Source: an uncultured Methylomirabilota bacterium
GTDB lineage: Bacteria > Methylomirabilota > Methylomirabilia > Methylomirabilales > 2-02-FULL-66-22
NCBI GenBank assembly: GCA_963705305.1
Contig: OY970067.1
Coordinates: forward strand, 1,536,001-1,600,000
Length of the DNA stretch: 64,000 nt
Direction of reading: 5' to 3'
Below are positions 17,906-30,959 of the stretch, in pieces. Below the pieces are notes generated by a model that was not told where the DNA came from, did no database searches, and was given only the letters and a program-made list of their open reading frames with translations. Each line of letters begins with the position of its first letter. Position 1 is the stretch's first letter. Position numbers and translations under genes: made by a program.

Positions 17906-18904
17906 ATGATGTGGAGAGTTATTCGGCCACTACTTGCGACTCTGTTCGTGAGCCTGTTCGTCGTATCTCTTGCCGCCGGAGCACCGAAGGAGCCCGAAAA
18001 AATCTTTATGAAAATTTATACCGCCTATCCGCCGGGGGACGAGTCCTATGTGACCGCGATGGAATTCGCCAAGCGCGTCGCCGACTACAGCAATTCGACG
18101 ATTACGGCGGAAGTCTTCCATAGCGGGACGATGGGCGGAGAGAAGGAAACCGTGCAGGCCGTCAAACTCGGCGACGCGCAGGGTGTTACGACGGGCCTTC
18201 TTCCTGTGACGATGTTCACCCAGGACTACGGCTTCTTTGACGGCATCTACGTCTTCAAGAACTTCGACCATTTTCTGGCGGCCTGGAACGGAAAACCCGG
18301 GGAGGGAATCAAGAAGATCCTTCTTGAAAACAACCTGCGTACGATGGGAGTCTATATGCGCGGCATGAGGAACCTCTCGGCGAACAAGCCGATCAGAACT
18401 CCCGCCGACGCGAAGGGATTGAAACTCAGGACTCCCCAGGACCCGGCCATGGTCATGACCTATCAGGCCATGGGTTTTCTCCCGACGCCGATCGCACTGC
18501 CGGAGCTCTTCACTGCTCTTCAGACCGGTGTTGTCGACTGTGCCGAAGGGCCCCCCTCCCAGATGCTTTCCTATAAGTACCAAGAGGTGCAGAAGTACCT
18601 CATGATGACGGGCCACAACGTGTCGGTCGCGATGTTCAACCTGAGCGAGCGTTTCCTGCAGGGATTGAGCGCCGACCGAAGGGCGATCGTCGAAAGGGCT
18701 GCCAAGGAGGCGGTCGTCGCCGGCGGCGAATACGCGGCGAAAGCCGACAAGGAGAAGCTCGATAAATTGATCCAGGGCGGAATGACCCGAATCGAGCCGG
18801 ACCGGGCCGCGTTCATGGCCGCGGCGCGACCGGCCGTCGAAGAGCTTTTCAAGACCAAATGGAAGGTCACAAACTGGAACGAGATCATGTCGTACGCGAA
18901 ATAA
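17906..18904 (+). CDS. dctP: TRAP transporter solute-binding protein
   Basis: Signal peptide, KGLKLRT, ELFTALQTGVVD, EVQKY. Confidence 0.92.
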   Translation: MMWRVIRPLLATLFVSLFVVSLAAGAPKEPEKIFMKIYTAYPPGDESYVTAMEFAKRVADYSNSTITAEVFHSGTMGGEKETVQAVKLGDAQGVTTGLLPVTMFTQDYGFFDGIYVFKNFDHFLAAWNGKPGEGIKKILLENNLRTMGVYMRGMRNLSANKPIRTPADAKGLKLRTPQDPAMVMTYQAMGFLPTPIALPELFTALQTGVVDCAEGPPSQMLSYKYQEVQKYLMMTGHNVSVAMFNLSERFLQGLSADRRAIVERAAKEAVVAGGEYAAKADKEKLDKLIQGGMTRIEPDRAAFMAAARPAVEELFKTKWKVTNWNEIMSYAK

Positions 18905-18926
18905 AAGCTCGGAACCGGCGCACAAG

Positions 18927-18955
18927 AGGGCTCCGCCCTTCAGCGGAGCCCTTTT
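18927..18955 (+). terminator. Stem-loop/terminator after dctP
   Basis: AGGGCTCCGC-loop-GCGGAGCCCT followed by TTT. Confidence 0.7.
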
Positions 18956-18977
18956 GGTGGAAGCATGGGGCGCGACT

Positions 18978-19478
18978 GTGATTCCAGTAATACGAAAGCT
19001 GACAGCGGCTTCCGTCGATTATCTTGAATGCGTCTGCGCCGCGCTGTTTGCTGGCATCTGTTTCATCGTGCTTTTTCAGGTAGTCACCCGCTTCATCCTG
19101 AAGATTCCGACGCCATGGTCCGAGGAGCTGGCTCGCTATCTTCTCGTTGTCCTCACGTTTCTCGGTGCCTGCATATCCATCCGAGAGGAGACGCACCTTA
19201 TCGCACTGAACATCTTCAGCGGCCGCTCGGCCAAGGTCGAGAAGATCGGTCGATTGATCGTCGCTGGAATCCTCTTGTCCGTGAACGTCCTGTTCACCCG
19301 CAACAGCTTCCGCATGTCCGCGATTGCCGGCACGGAGATGGCTTCCTCGATGGTCTGGCTTCGAACGAGCTACCTCTACGATATCATTTCGCTGGGCTTT
19401 TTGATGTCGTCCCTCTTTTCCGCGTCTCTGATCCTGGAGGCCCTCTTCGGCAACCAGCGCGAGATAGGGACATGCTAG
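18978..19478 (+). CDS. dctQ: TRAP small permease
   Basis: QVVTRF, WSEELARY, four TM segments; start approximate. Confidence 0.88.
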   Translation: MIPVIRKLTAASVDYLECVCAALFAGICFIVLFQVVTRFILKIPTPWSEELARYLLVVLTFLGACISIREETHLIALNIFSGRSAKVEKIGRLIVAGILLSVNVLFTRNSFRMSAIAGTEMASSMVWLRTSYLYDIISLGFLMSSLFSASLILEALFGNQREIGTC

Positions 19479-20773
19479 AAACGGCTCTCCTTTTTGGCGG
19501 CATCCTGTCGGCGGCTTTTGTTATCGGGGTCCCCGTAGGGTATGCCATCATCTTTACCGCGACGCTGCTCTACTTCCTCTATAATGGCGGCTCCGGCGAT
19601 TCCGCGATCCTGCTCCAACGCATGTTCGACGGCCTGAACAGCTTTCCGCTGCTCGCCATTCCGATCTTCCTGCTGACCGGCAATTTGATGAACACCGGCG
19701 GGATCACCCTGAGGATCTTTCGCTTCGCGTCGGCTCTGGTCGGCCATTTCCGGCTCGGGTTGGCGCAGGTGAACGTCGTCGCGAGCATGATCTTTTCCGG
19801 CATGTCAGGATCTGCCACCGTGGACGCTGCCGCTCTTGGCCAGGTGGAAATACCGGCGATGCTCGCCGCGGGATATGACCGGGATTATTCCGCCGCCGTC
19901 ACCGCCGCGTCGGCCACCATGGGACCCATCATTCCCCCGAGCGTCCCGCTCGTCATCTACGGCATTGTGGCGGAGGTCTCGATCGGGCGGCTCCTTTTCG
20001 CGGGCGTCATCCCCGGCTTCATCATCGGCGCGACCCTCATGATTCTGATCGCGATCCAGGGGCGGAGGGGAGGTTACCAGAGGGGCCGCTTCGAAGGGTT
20101 CGCCCATCTCTGGAAGTCGCTGAAGGAGGGCTTCCTGCCCCTCCTGACGCCGATCATTCTTCTCGGCGGCATCCTGCTGGGTGTCTTCACGCCGACCGAA
20201 GCCGCTGGTGTGGCCCTGTTCTACGCAATGGTTCTCGCCATGGCAGTCTATCGAGAAGTAAGCGTGATGCGGCTATGGGAGCTGATGAAGCAGACCTTCC
20301 GGGTGACGGTGGAGATCATGGTCATCATCGCGGGGGCGAACGCCTTCGCGTACATGATCATGAGCGCACGACTTCCTCAGGACATCGCGCAATTCGTCAT
20401 GTCGTTTTCCTTGAACAAGTATACCGTCCTGATTGTGATCAACCTCGCCCTCTTGGTCGTAGGCTGCTTCATGGAGACGGTCGCCGCCATCACGATCTGC
20501 GTGCCAGTCCTCATGCCCCTCGTGAATCACTACGGTATCAACCCGATACATTTCGGTCTCATCCTGGTGTTCAATCTCGTCTTCGGCCTCTTGACGCCCC
20601 CCGTTGGGATGGTGCTCTTCGTGACGAGCCGCATCGCAGAAATCTCCGTGTCCCGGCTTGTTCGGGCACTTCTGGTTTTCTATATTCCGCTCTTATTGTG
20701 TTTGATTCTGATCACCTTCATCGAACCCCTCTCGGTCTGGCTGCCGACGGTATTGATGGGCGCGAGCAGGTAA
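19472..20773 (+). CDS. dctM: TRAP large permease
   Basis: SFPLLAIP, GMSGSA, IIPPS, FTPTEA, TPPVG. Confidence 0.93.
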   Translation: MLETALLFGGILSAAFVIGVPVGYAIIFTATLLYFLYNGGSGDSAILLQRMFDGLNSFPLLAIPIFLLTGNLMNTGGITLRIFRFASALVGHFRLGLAQVNVVASMIFSGMSGSATVDAAALGQVEIPAMLAAGYDRDYSAAVTAASATMGPIIPPSVPLVIYGIVAEVSIGRLLFAGVIPGFIIGATLMILIAIQGRRGGYQRGRFEGFAHLWKSLKEGFLPLLTPIILLGGILLGVFTPTEAAGVALFYAMVLAMAVYREVSVMRLWELMKQTFRVTVEIMVIIAGANAFAYMIMSARLPQDIAQFVMSFSLNKYTVLIVINLALLVVGCFMETVAAITICVPVLMPLVNHYGINPIHFGLILVFNLVFGLLTPPVGMVLFVTSRIAEISVSRLVRALLVFYIPLLLCLILITFIEPLSVWLPTVLMGASR

Positions 20774-20789
20774 ACAAAGAATCCTGTGG

Positions 20790-21138
20790 TTCCCGCCTGA
20801 GTGCGACGCGCCCGGAGCGGGACCTGAGGGCCCAGCCCGCCGATATGCGCCGCCTCCTCGCCAAGCACATCCCGTAGGCCCGGCAGATGCTGCGGAAAAT
20901 GCTGGAAGACCGGCTCGATGTGACGCCCATCGAACGGAACGGCAAGATGGGAGTTCGCTTCGAGGGGAAGGATTCCTACGGCGGATTGCTCTCAGGGGAG
21001 GTCGGACTGGCGGCAGAGGGTAACACGTCTGCCACCAGCCATCGTGTCCCCAGGGGGAATTTCCTCAAATACATACCCCTGGACCCTCTGCAGCATGCCG
21101 GATTGATCGTCAGTTTTGAAGGAAGAGTGGCGGCGTAA
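20790..21138 (+). pseudogene. Probable C-terminal relic of a large serine recombinase
   Basis: Frame with internal TAG (20875): ...RRLLAKHIP*ARQMLRKMLEDRLDVTP...VRFEG...GGLLSG, resembling LSR tails; no catalytic domain present. Confidence 0.45.
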
Positions 21139-21156
21139 CAGAGCTCTACAGGGGTT

Positions 21157-21317
21157 GGTGCCGAGGGACCGGACCGCCAATTGAGCAAGACAGATGTCCC
21201 CCAGAAGGGATTGCCTCTGAAGCGAGACTTGGGGACCCTTGGAGCGCAGAGATTAGCGGGCGTCTTCGGCGCTGAAGGCCCAGGACGTTTGCACAAGGTA
21301 GGGCCGTGCAAGCGCGG
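21157..21317 (+). repeat. 161-bp direct repeat, copy 1
   Basis: Ungapped match to 55518-55678 with 8 mismatches by manual count. Confidence 0.95.
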
Positions 21318-22102
21318 CGCGGCTCCCACCGAGTTGCCCTGTGTGGCGATGCCTCTCCACCGAGACGCCGCCTCTCGGCGAGAGCTAGCCCCATTCCAAA
21401 AATATCCCACCGCCAAGGACACCCAACGCTCGCGTTGGGTACCCGGAATGGCACGGCAGGGATGGGCAAAATACCAAAGGCCTCGACCCCCGTCATGTCC
21501 CCTGGGGGGCGTTGCGGTGCCCCGAATCAAAGCCGCCGAACCCCATGGACTGTGGAGCCTTGGCGTCAGGGCGGTTGAACAATTCTTTCGGTTCAAGGTT
21601 TAGCATACTGCGTGACATGGCACGAGGGATTACCTACCTTCTTCCAATTTTGACGATTTGCCCATCGATTGTTCCTCGGTGCCATGACGGAGTACAGCCT
21701 CGCTTACGCGGGGGTGCCGGCGCGGCTCCAGACCAAACAGGTAAAGGTCCTCGGCATTCAAGGGGGCCCCGACGTGAGGAGTCCAGAAGAGGCAGAGGCT
21801 GAGGCCCAGGCTGGCCTGGCGGACTTCGCGTGGAAAGCGGATTCAGCCCGGCGCCGGAAGCGGCGGCAGGGAGGCGGCCCGTGCAGGGGGCGCAGGAGGT
21901 GGACGCCGAAGGCTGAAGCCCTGCACAGGTCCCCGGCCCAGCGGGGCCGCGCTGCCCAAGGCGCTACCGCTGGGGGCGACGGGAGTGGCCGCGGAGGGCA
22001 TGCCGTCGGAGGGGGGAGGGGCCGCCGTTACCCGGGGGAGCCCGCGGCCGTCGAGACCGCGGGGGATCGTATGGCCCTGTCGGCGTCTTTGAGCAATCAC
22101 CT

Positions 22103-25100
22103 CTACACACTGCGTGCGCTGCCCGAGGTGGGCATTCTCACCTCGACCGTGTGCTCCTGACGGTCGTCAACTAGGTGAATCGCCTTGTCGTCCTGCTCAA
22201 CCCCATCAACAGTCAGACTCATGCCGCCATTTCCAGCGCTCGTCTGCAGGACGGCGATGTGGAACACGGTTTCCCGATACCGGTAGTGCACGGTGAACCC
22301 AGTCCAATGCGCCGGGAGACGCGGCGCAACTTGCAGTGTGCCTGCTTCCAGCTTCAGCCCCAAGAGGGATTCCACGATCAACCGATACATCCAGCCGGCC
22401 GAACCCGTGTACCAAGTCCATCCACCGCGGCCGGTGTGCGGCTGGAGCGCATAGACGTCGGCCGCAACGACGTACGGCTCGACTTTGTAGGCCGCCATGG
22501 CCTCCGGAGACCTGGCATGGTTCACGGGGTTGAGCATTGCCAAGAGCTCCCACGCACGCTGGCTGTCGCCCAGTGCCGCGAACGCCATAGCTGCCCAGAC
22601 CGCCCCATGGGTGTACTGTCCGCCGTTCTCCCTCACGCCCGGGGCATACCCGCGGATATACCCCGGGTTCAAGGTTGAGGTGTTGAACGGGGGGTCCAAA
22701 AGTTGGACCAGTGCACGGTCTCGGCGAACCAGCCGCCTGTCCATCGCCGCCATGGCCGTGCGCGAGCGTTCAGCATCGCCCGCCCCGGAGAGCACAGACC
22801 AGCTTTGCGGAATCGAGTCAATCTGGCACTCCGGGTTGCTCGCCGATCCGAGCGGCGAGCCGTCGTCGAAGTAGGCGCGGCGATACCACTCACCATCCCA
22901 GCCGTGCTGTTCGATATTCCGGCGGACCCGAGCCGCCTCCCCCTGGCAGCGGTCGGCGAAGGGTGCGTCCCCATGCCCGCGGGCAACCGCGGCGAACCGC
23001 AGGAGCACGTCATACAGAAAGAAGCCCAACCAGACACTTTCGCCTTGGCCGTGTTCGCCCACCAGGTTCATGCCGTCGTTCCAGTCGCCGGAGCCAATCA
23101 GTGGCAGGCCGTGCCCACCGTATCGAAGACCCAGCAGAATGGCTCGCATGCAATGCTCGTACAGGCTGGCCGTTTCCTCGGACCGGCTGGGCAGGTCGTA
23201 ATACGAGTCCTCCTCCGCGTTGACCGGGCGGCCGTCGAGGAAGTGGACGGCTTCGTCCAGCACACCCGTGTCCCCGGTGGTCAGGACGTAGCGGCTGGTT
23301 GCCAACGGCAGCCACAAGTAATCATCCGAACAGCGGGTCCGCACACCCCGGCCCGAGGGAGGGTGCCACCAATGCTGGACATCTCCCTCTCGAAATTGAT
23401 GCGCTGCGGAGAGGAGCAAGTGCTCGCGGACGAGGCGCGGCTCGGCGTGAATGAGTGCCATCACGTCCTGCAACTGGTCGCGGAAACCAAAGGCGCCTCC
23501 CGGCTGGTAGAATCCGCTCCGCGCCCACAGGCGGCACGCAAGCGTCTGATACAGCAGCCAGCCATTGGCCAGCACGTTGAGGGACGGGTCCGGTGTGTCG
23601 ACGTGCACCGCGCCGAGCGTGTGCTTCCAGTACTGCCATACCGCTTCGAGCGCGCCGCGGGCTGCGGCCGATCCCCGGAAGCGCTGCGCGAGAGTACTGG
23701 CGTCGCCGGCGTCTTGGCCGACGCCGAGTCGAAAGATCACCTCACGCTCCTGGCCGTCCGCGAGCTCGAACGTCACCTGGATCGCGGCGCAGGGGTCCAG
23801 CGCGGCCCCCACCTTGCCAGACAGCCGCGAGCGGGCCATTGCCGCCGGACTCGCAAGCGTGCCGTTCCGCCCCAGAAATTCCGTCCGGTCGCCGCTCATG
23901 GTCCGCGGCGCCGGGTCCGTGTCAAAAAAGGCGACCCGACCGGCGAACTCCGGGTTGTACGGGTTCCGGGCGAAGAGCGCGCCGCTATTGGGGTCGATCT
24001 CGGTGACCACGTGCATGGCCGTTTTCGGCCGCAGATCTCCCAGCACCCACTCCACATATCCCATGGCGGAGAGCCGGCGGAATCGGCCGGACTCGTTACG
24101 CACTCTCAACACCCCGAATTTGATCGGCGCATCCAGGGCCACATAGACCCACACCTCCGAGCGGATGCCGCCCTCCGTGTGCTCGAAGACGCTGTAGCCG
24201 AATCCGTGGCGACTGACGTACGGCCGCGGGCTGCCGCTGGGCAGCGGCGTGGGGGACCAGAAGTGGCCGCTCTCTTCGTCCCGGAGATACAAGGCTTCCC
24301 CGCTCGAGTCGCTCACCGGGTCGTTGGACCAGGGAGTGAGGCGGAACTCGTGGGCATTCTCGCTCCACGTGGTGGCCAGGCCGCTCTCCGAGACGATACT
24401 CCCGAAGTGCGGGTTCGCCAGCACATTCACCCAGGGGGCCGGCGTCATCTGCCCGGGCATGGTCGTGATGACGTACTCGCGCCCATCCGGGGTGAATCCT
24501 CCGAGCCCATTGAAGAAGACCAGATCGTGGCGAGGCGGCCCGGCGGCGGTCTGGACTTCGGCGCGGTGGGTCCGGGTCGGTACGAGGCGCGGGACCGGCA
24601 CGTCCGCCAGGCCGCGACGGTTGAGCTGATCCGCTAGCGTTCCCCGGCCGTCGGTGAGGATGGCCCGGGAGACCGCTTGCAGCAGAATGCGGTCCTCGGT
24701 CGAGATCTGGTCCACCGGTCGGACAAAAATGCCGCCCGGCCGATCGGTCACGTTGGCTTCGATGCCAGCGGCGATCAGCCCCATGATCTGCTCGTGGAGA
24801 AGCTGCCGGTACCCCGCATGGTCCTCGTTCCAGATCACCAGATCGACCGCCAGCCCTTTGAGGCGCCAGTACGCGTGGGCCTGCACGAGCTGGCGCGCCA
24901 GATCGATATTGGCTGGCTCTTCGATCTGCAGGAGCACGATCGGTAAGTCGCCAGAGATGGCGTAGCCCCAGAGACCGGATTGCCCGCGACGGTTCTTGAG
25001 GAGGATGCTCGGATTGGCACGCAGCGAGGCATTGGCGTAGAGGATGGAGCCGGCCAGGCGTCCATAGAGTTGCGCGTCGGCCTCTGTGGCATTGAGCTGC

Positions 25101-28100
25101 CGCAGGAGGACCTGGCTATGCGTCCATGCCAGCTCGAAAGCGCGATCCGCGAGCCGCCGATCCTGGTATTTCACCACCAGGGCCAAGCCCCCGTCGCGGG
25201 TCTCAGCGATGCCGGAGACCATAATTATTGTCGCCGATGCCTCCGGACCGAGCGTGATCCGGCACTGGATCGCCACAATCGGATCCAGCACGGAGCCCTG
25301 GCTCCCCGAGAGCGGTGAGGACTCGTGCATGATTTGCGGATCGCCGGCGGTGCGTCCCCGGCCGATGAACCGCATGCGGTCGGTCTCGTAGGAAATCCCT
25401 TCCACGTCTGCACCGTGCACCGCCATGAGGTGAAACATCCAGGGGGCCGGCTCGCCAATGGAGCGGGGGCGGCGCGTGCAGAGGATCGCCTGCCGCTCCG
25501 GGACGATCTCCGTCTGCACGAAGAGATTGCCGAACGCCGGGTGCAGCGCGTCCGCAGCCGGCGATGCCAGCACGACCTCCGCGTAACTCGTGACCTCAAT
25601 CGTCCGGGGTGTTCGAGAGCAGTTGGTGATGCGAATCCGCCGCAGCTCAACGTCATCCTCCGGCGAAACGGCGACCTCTGTATGGGTGTCCAAGTCGTGG
25701 CTGCGGGAGCGGAACTCCGCGCGCGCCTCCGAGAAGATCACTTCGTACGTGTCCGATCGCTTGAGCGTCGGCTGATACGCGGGAGACCAGAACTCCCCGC
25801 TCGTCACATCGCGGAGGTAGCAGAATGTGCCCCAGTTGTCGCGGGTGCTGTCTTCACGCCAGCGCGTGACAGCCAGCTCCTTCCAGCGGCTATACCCGCC
25901 GCCCGCGTTCGTGATCATCACGTGGTACCGGCCGTTCGACAGCAACTGGACTTCCGGTATCGGTGTGTCGGGGCCGCTGAACACGCGGACCGGCGTCTCC
26001 GGACCACTGGACATGGTCTGGTAATGGGAGCGCTCGGCGGTGTACGAATAGGTCGCGGTGGCCTTTGGCACCCGCTCCTGGAGCAGCAGCGTGGTGGCCT
26101 GGAATGCCGGATCCGACTCGAATCGTTTCTGCATCGGACGGTCCAGGAGCAGATGGGTCAGGGCGAGGAGGCTCATGCCCTGGTGGTGTGCCATGAACGA
26201 CCGGACGACGACACCCGATTGCCCACGGGGGACACGCGACGGGGTATAATCGATAGCCTCATAGAGACCATACTGGCCTTCCAGTCCGTCGGCGGCGAGT
26301 CGCTGCAGGTTCAGGCAGGCCTCCTCGGGTGCCACCATCAGGGCGAGCGTCGAGGCGTACGGCGCAACGACCACATCTTCAGCGAGCCCGCGTTTGAGTC
26401 CCAGGCCGGGCACGCCAAATGCCCGGTACTGGTAGTGCAGGTGCACGTCGATCGTGTTGTAGCCGCACTCCGAAATCCCCCAGGGGACCCCACGCGTTCT
26501 CCCGTAGGCGATCTGCCTCCCCACGGCCGCCCTGCACGTCTGGTCGAGCAGCGTGTGCTCATAGGTCGGCATCACCAGGAGCGGCATCAGATACTCGAAC
26601 ATCGAGCCGCTCCACGACAGGAGAACCGGCTCTCCGTCAACGCTGGTCAGGAGGCGTCCCAGGGCAAACCAGCTCTCCTGGGGCAGCTGGCGCTGCGCAA
26701 TCGCCACAAAGCAGCACAATCTCGCCTCTGAGGCCAACAGATCGTAGTAACTCGCATCCCGCCGCCGCTCACCAACGCTGTAGCCGATCGCCAGGAGTTG
26801 GCGCGCCTTGTCGAACAGGAAGTCATACTCGATCCCCGCGAGTGTGCTGCATTGCAGGGCCAGGCGCTCGACGGTCGCAATTCGGGCCGTGGCGCGGCGG
26901 CTGGCTTCCGTGACGAGCCGTCGGAGCTCCTCGCACCGCTCGCGCTCCTCCGGACCGGACCCCGCGCCGAGTCGTGCCTCGATTCCCGGCAACCACTCCA
27001 TCTCGAGCCGTGCCAGTTCGCGCAGCGTCGGGATCTCATCGGGTCCGTGAAAGTCGTTGAACGCCTTCTGAGATGGTGGCAACCCGATCCACGGCGCGAG
27101 ATACCTCAGCTCATCGAGAGCATCCTGGCATTGCCGGGCGAGGGCCCGCGCCCACCAGGTGGCGTGGCTCTCGGGGGCGATCTGGAGGCTTTTCACCACC
27201 TCCGCCGCGGAGGCCACCAGCCGATCGAGGCAGCGGAGCGCCCCCAGAAGCGTCGCGGGCCGAGACTTGGATGCGGATGCCAGATCCCCCTGCAATTGAG
27301 CGAGTTGCGCCGGAGCGGCTCCTCCCGCCGCGTCCACGAGAATCCCGAGCGTATCGCCGAGCCCGGCAAACACTCGTGCTCCCAGAATCTTGTCATCGGG
27401 CAGCACGAGAAGACCTGGCCCCAATGTCAGCAGATGGCCCGCGAGGTTCCCGCTGTCCACCGTCGATACGTAGCGCGGCGGCAGCGGCTGCAACGACTGG
27501 GTGTCGTACCAGTTGTAAAAGTGGCCGCGGTGCCGTTCCAGCGCCTCCATCGAATGGAAGGCATTGGCCGTGCGCTCGATGAGCTGTCCGGCCGGGAGGT
27601 AGCCGAAGTCGTATGCGGACAGATTCGCGAGGAGCGCCAGCCCCATGTTGGTCGGCGAGGTGCGGTGCGCCACCGCGCCCACGGGATGCTCTTGATAGTT
27701 ATCGGGGGGCAGCCAATGATCTTCCGGGCCCACGAAGGTCTCGAAAAACGCCCAGGTCTTCCGGGAAAGTTGCTGGAGGAAGCGTGTCTGGTCTGCTGAG
27801 AGCCGCGCGCCGTGGCGACCGAGCGGCCGGCCGAGCCACCACACGATCGCGGGTGAGGTAAACCAGAGGCCCAGGATGGGCCAAGCCACCCCGAACGCGG
27901 CCGGCCTCGAAAGCGTCAGATCAAGCGCTGCGGCGACCGCAAGGATGGGGGCGATCCACATCGTCCGGCAGGAGGCGGCGAGGTGTGTGCGATTCGGGCG
28001 GTCCGGGTCGCTCGACGGACTCCACTCCAGCAGGTGTGTGTGGCTGACCAGCATTCGACCGGCCGTGCGCACGATCGCGTCCAGGCTGAAGAAGGCCTCG

Positions 28101-30835
28101 TAGGGGAGACAGGCGAGCGCGAATGCCGCCTGAGCGGAGTGCCGGCCGGCCGAGCGGACCCCGGCGGCGAGATGCTGACGGAGCAGCACATCACCCGGCT
28201 TCTGAAACAGGTCCAGGATCGAGGCCATCCACGGGGGAATCAGGATGGTTCCGATCACCGCCAGGGTCCAGAGCCAGGCTGGAGACAGGACCGTCCAGCC
28301 CAGGAGCAACAGCAGAGTCAACGCTGGAGCGACGAGGCTCCGACGCAGGTTATCGAAGATTTTCCACCGGGACAAAGCAGAGAGCGGATTCTTCTGGCGG
28401 CCGGTGCCGAGGCGGGGGACGCACGGCAGCAGCCACCGCGCAATCTGCCAATCCCCGCGAATCCAGCGGTGCCGGCGGCTCACGTCCGCGCTGTAACGGG
28501 TGGGGTATTCCTCATAGAGCTGCACATCGCTCAGCAGCCCCGCTCGCGCGTAGCAGCCCTCCAGAAGGTCGTGGCTGAGAATCCGGTTCTCGGGAAACCG
28601 CCCCTTGAGGCTCCGCTCGAACGCATCAACATCATAGATCCCCTTGCCAATGAACGAGCCTTCCCGGAAGAGATCCTGGTACACATCGGAGACCGCACGC
28701 GTGTACGGGTCGATGCCCGATTCACTCCCGTACAGGCGCGCGTACCGTGACCGGCTCGTCCCTGGCAAGCTCGCCGCCACGCGCGGCTGCAGGATGCCGT
28801 ACCCCTCGGAGACACGCTGCCGCTTTTCATCGTACCGTGCCCGATTCAACGGGTGCGTCATAGTCCCCACGAAATGCCACGCCGCATCGCGCGGGAGTTG
28901 CGTATCCGTGTCCAGGGTGATCACGTACTTCACGTTCGACAAGACCGCCCTCTCCCCCACGATGAGAGAAAAACGATCCCTGGCGCCGCCGCGCAGCAGC
29001 GCATTCAATTCCGCCAGCTTCCCTCGTTTCCGCTCGTACCCCATCCAGAGCCGTTCCTGCGGATTCCATCGGCGCGGGCGATGAAAGAGGAAGAAGGTGT
29101 CGCCTGTCGCGCTCCGGTACTTTCCATTCAACCCTTCGATCCGCTGCTGGGCCAGTCGCAACAGTGATGCGTCCTCCGGCGTCGTCTCCTCCGGTGCGTC
29201 TCGGAAATCCGTCAGCAGCCCGAAGTGCAGGTGCGGGTCTCGGTTGGCCAGAAACCGCACTTCAAGCGCCTCGGCCAGCTCCTCGATGCCGTGGGTGCTC
29301 GTGAGCATCGTCGGGATCACGACCAGCGCGCGCGCTTCCGGCGGAATGCCTCCAGACAAGTCCATTCGCGGCAGGACCTGCGGCGTCGCCAGCACGGTCG
29401 CCAGCCAGTTCACCATCGCGACCGCCAGCTGACTCGCGCACACGACGGAGAGGACCCCGACCAGCGCGAGGAGCCACCCGCGCACGCCGTTGGCGTGCGC
29501 CTTCGCCAAAAGGGTGCCGGTGAGGATCACTGTCAGCAGCAGGATCGTGCCGAGGTAGGCACACAATGGGCACCGGCGGCTCAGCTTCTGCAGAACCTCC
29601 GCGGGGGACCGACGGACCTTCGTCCTGCGTTCGAGCGCCGGCACCCCCTTGTCAATCAGGTAGAACCCGACGTGCGCCGCTCGATCGTCGTGGCCATGCT
29701 TCGCCGCCCCCGCGTGGGTCAATTCGATTGCGCTGCGCGCCACCTCGCTTTCGGAGAGCCGGCTGCTCTTTGCGATCTTCTCCACCACGTGACGGTAGCG
29801 ATCGCGGGTGGCAAAATCCATCTTGTTGTAGACACCGCCGGGGTCCTCCCGCAGGGTCCGCTCGACGACGCTCATCGTCTCGACGAACTCGCGCCAGTCC
29901 ATCGCCCCCAGGAAGCGAAGGCTGCCGATGCTGTTGCTGATGGAGACCTGATCGGCGGCCTGCTGCTGGTTCTCCGCCTGCACCAGCTGCTCGATTGTCA
30001 GGCCCGACTCGGAGAGCCACTGCTCGATCCAGGTGAGCGGCAAGGCCAACGCGGGGCCCTTTCCCTGCAAGCGGCGCGCACACTCGGCGACAAACGCACC
30101 CACCATCGGCGGCCTCGACCGCGCCATATCCGCGATCACGAGGATCAGGCTCTTGGGGTCCTTCTCGGCGATCTCCGTCATCTGGTCCGCCCAGCGGTCG
30201 GCGTGGTTGCGGTCGGCGCGGTCAGCCGCAAGCCGAGCGCCAACGCGTCGGAGATTCTCGATCAACGCCAGACGCAGCATGATCGGGATGGCCCACAGCT
30301 CGCCCAACGCCAGGATGGTCACCGTCTGGTAGGCCGCGACAAAACTGCTGAGACTTTCCGGATCCACCCGCCCATCGCCGTGTGTGATCGTCTCCAGCGC
30401 GATGTCATACACGCGCGGAAGTCCAGCCGATGGGCCGCTGAGCAACCGCGGGAGCCCCCGGCTATAGCCCTTGGGCAAGTGTCGTCTGGCCGTGCGAATC
30501 TGTTCTTCGATCAGGTAGAAGTTGTCGAGCAGCCATTCCCCGGCCGGCGCGATGCGGCGGCTCGCCGTGACCGCCTCGGAAAGGAGGCTGCAGGCTCCCC
30601 GCAGGACGCCTTCATTTTCGGCGAGCCGGCTCAGCAGTTGGTCCGGGGCGCGGCTCACTCCCACCCGGTGCGCCCCCGCCAACATCTTGCCATGCTGCTC
30701 CATCTGGTCGCTGCTGAACAGCTCCGCCCGGAACGGGGGCTCGTCGCCGGCGTACTCGTGTGGCCCAGAGTTTCCGCGGAGGCGTGTCCATGCTTGGCGC
30801 ACGGTGGCGCGAATGGTCTGGCTGCCCACCTTCAC
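22103..30835 (-). CDS. cgs: Cyclic beta-1,2-glucan synthase (GT84 + glucoamylase-like/cyclisation + GH94 phosphorylase)
   Basis: ~2900 aa; [78 protein letters not shown] start after GAGGAG. Confidence 0.9.
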   Translation of the reverse strand: MKVGSQTIRATVRQAWTRLRGNSGPHEYAGDEPPFRAELFSSDQMEQHGKMLAGAHRVGVSRAPDQLLSRLAENEGVLRGACSLLSEAVTASRRIAPAGEWLLDNFYLIEEQIRTARRHLPKGYSRGLPRLLSGPSAGLPRVYDIALETITHGDGRVDPESLSSFVAAYQTVTILALGELWAIPIMLRLALIENLRRVGARLAADRADRNHADRWADQMTEIAEKDPKSLILVIADMARSRPPMVGAFVAECARRLQGKGPALALPLTWIEQWLSESGLTIEQLVQAENQQQAADQVSISNSIGSLRFLGAMDWREFVETMSVVERTLREDPGGVYNKMDFATRDRYRHVVEKIAKSSRLSESEVARSAIELTHAGAAKHGHDDRAAHVGFYLIDKGVPALERRTKVRRSPAEVLQKLSRRCPLCAYLGTILLLTVILTGTLLAKAHANGVRGWLLALVGVLSVVCASQLAVAMVNWLATVLATPQVLPRMDLSGGIPPEARALVVIPTMLTSTHGIEELAEALEVRFLANRDPHLHFGLLTDFRDAPEETTPEDASLLRLAQQRIEGLNGKYRSATGDTFFLFHRPRRWNPQERLWMGYERKRGKLAELNALLRGGARDRFSLIVGERAVLSNVKYVITLDTDTQLPRDAAWHFVGTMTHPLNRARYDEKRQRVSEGYGILQPRVAASLPGTSRSRYARLYGSESGIDPYTRAVSDVYQDLFREGSFIGKGIYDVDAFERSLKGRFPENRILSHDLLEGCYARAGLLSDVQLYEEYPTRYSADVSRRHRWIRGDWQIARWLLPCVPRLGTGRQKNPLSALSRWKIFDNLRRSLVAPALTLLLLLGWTVLSPAWLWTLAVIGTILIPPWMASILDLFQKPGDVLLRQHLAAGVRSAGRHSAQAAFALACLPYEAFFSLDAIVRTAGRMLVSHTHLLEWSPSSDPDRPNRTHLAASCRTMWIAPILAVAAALDLTLSRPAAFGVAWPILGLWFTSPAIVWWLGRPLGRHGARLSADQTRFLQQLSRKTWAFFETFVGPEDHWLPPDNYQEHPVGAVAHRTSPTNMGLALLANLSAYDFGYLPAGQLIERTANAFHSMEALERHRGHFYNWYDTQSLQPLPPRYVSTVDSGNLAGHLLTLGPGLLVLPDDKILGARVFAGLGDTLGILVDAAGGAAPAQLAQLQGDLASASKSRPATLLGALRCLDRLVASAAEVVKSLQIAPESHATWWARALARQCQDALDELRYLAPWIGLPPSQKAFNDFHGPDEIPTLRELARLEMEWLPGIEARLGAGSGPEERERCEELRRLVTEASRRATARIATVERLALQCSTLAGIEYDFLFDKARQLLAIGYSVGERRRDASYYDLLASEARLCCFVAIAQRQLPQESWFALGRLLTSVDGEPVLLSWSGSMFEYLMPLLVMPTYEHTLLDQTCRAAVGRQIAYGRTRGVPWGISECGYNTIDVHLHYQYRAFGVPGLGLKRGLAEDVVVAPYASTLALMVAPEEACLNLQRLAADGLEGQYGLYEAIDYTPSRVPRGQSGVVVRSFMAHHQGMSLLALTHLLLDRPMQKRFESDPAFQATTLLLQERVPKATATYSYTAERSHYQTMSSGPETPVRVFSGPDTPIPEVQLLSNGRYHVMITNAGGGYSRWKELAVTRWREDSTRDNWGTFCYLRDVTSGEFWSPAYQPTLKRSDTYEVIFSEARAEFRSRSHDLDTHTEVAVSPEDDVELRRIRITNCSRTPRTIEVTSYAEVVLASPAADALHPAFGNLFVQTEIVPERQAILCTRRPRSIGEPAPWMFHLMAVHGADVEGISYETDRMRFIGRGRTAGDPQIMHESSPLSGSQGSVLDPIVAIQCRITLGPEASATIIMVSGIAETRDGGLALVVKYQDRRLADRAFELAWTHSQVLLRQLNATEADAQLYGRLAGSILYANASLRANPSILLKNRRGQSGLWGYAISGDLPIVLLQIEEPANIDLARQLVQAHAYWRLKGLAVDLVIWNEDHAGYRQLLHEQIMGLIAAGIEANVTDRPGGIFVRPVDQISTEDRILLQAVSRAILTDGRGTLADQLNRRGLADVPVPRLVPTRTHRAEVQTAAGPPRHDLVFFNGLGGFTPDGREYVITTMPGQMTPAPWVNVLANPHFGSIVSESGLATTWSENAHEFRLTPWSNDPVSDSSGEALYLRDEESGHFWSPTPLPSGSPRPYVSRHGFGYSVFEHTEGGIRSEVWVYVALDAPIKFGVLRVRNESGRFRRLSAMGYVEWVLGDLRPKTAMHVVTEIDPNSGALFARNPYNPEFAGRVAFFDTDPAPRTMSGDRTEFLGRNGTLASPAAMARSRLSGKVGAALDPCAAIQVTFELADGQEREVIFRLGVGQDAGDASTLAQRFRGSAAARGALEAVWQYWKHTLGAVHVDTPDPSLNVLANGWLLYQTLACRLWARSGFYQPGGAFGFRDQLQDVMALIHAEPRLVREHLLLSAAHQFREGDVQHWWHPPSGRGVRTRCSDDYLWLPLATSRYVLTTGDTGVLDEAVHFLDGRPVNAEEDSYYDLPSRSEETASLYEHCMRAILLGLRYGGHGLPLIGSGDWNDGMNLVGEHGQGESVWLGFFLYDVLLRFAAVARGHGDAPFADRCQGEAARVRRNIEQHGWDGEWYRRAYFDDGSPLGSASNPECQIDSIPQSWSVLSGAGDAERSRTAMAAMDRRLVRRDRALVQLLDPPFNTSTLNPGYIRGYAPGVRENGGQYTHGAVWAAMAFAALGDSQRAWELLAMLNPVNHARSPEAMAAYKVEPYVVAADVYALQPHTGRGGWTWYTGSAGWMYRLIVESLLGLKLEAGTLQVAPRLPAHWTGFTVHYRYRETVFHIAVLQTSAGNGGMSLTVDGVEQDDKAIHLVDDRQEHTVEVRMPTSGSARSV

Positions 30836-30959
30836 CTTTGAGGTCTCCTCCCACGCGACGGTACCGAGCGCGCGCGTCACGATTCCGGAGTGGTCAGGAT
30901 CTGGGGACACAGCGAGGTCAAGGGCCAGAAGCGTCGACGAGGCCGAGGCGTATCTGTCT

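Noticed and set aside
21181..21603. ORFs reading through the 161-bp repeat (also 55542-55838)
   Set aside because: Similarity ends at the repeat boundary; no RBS or domain support.
21669..22160. Plus-strand ORF next to the left repeat
   Set aside because: No recognisable family, low-complexity tail and overlap with the cgs stop.
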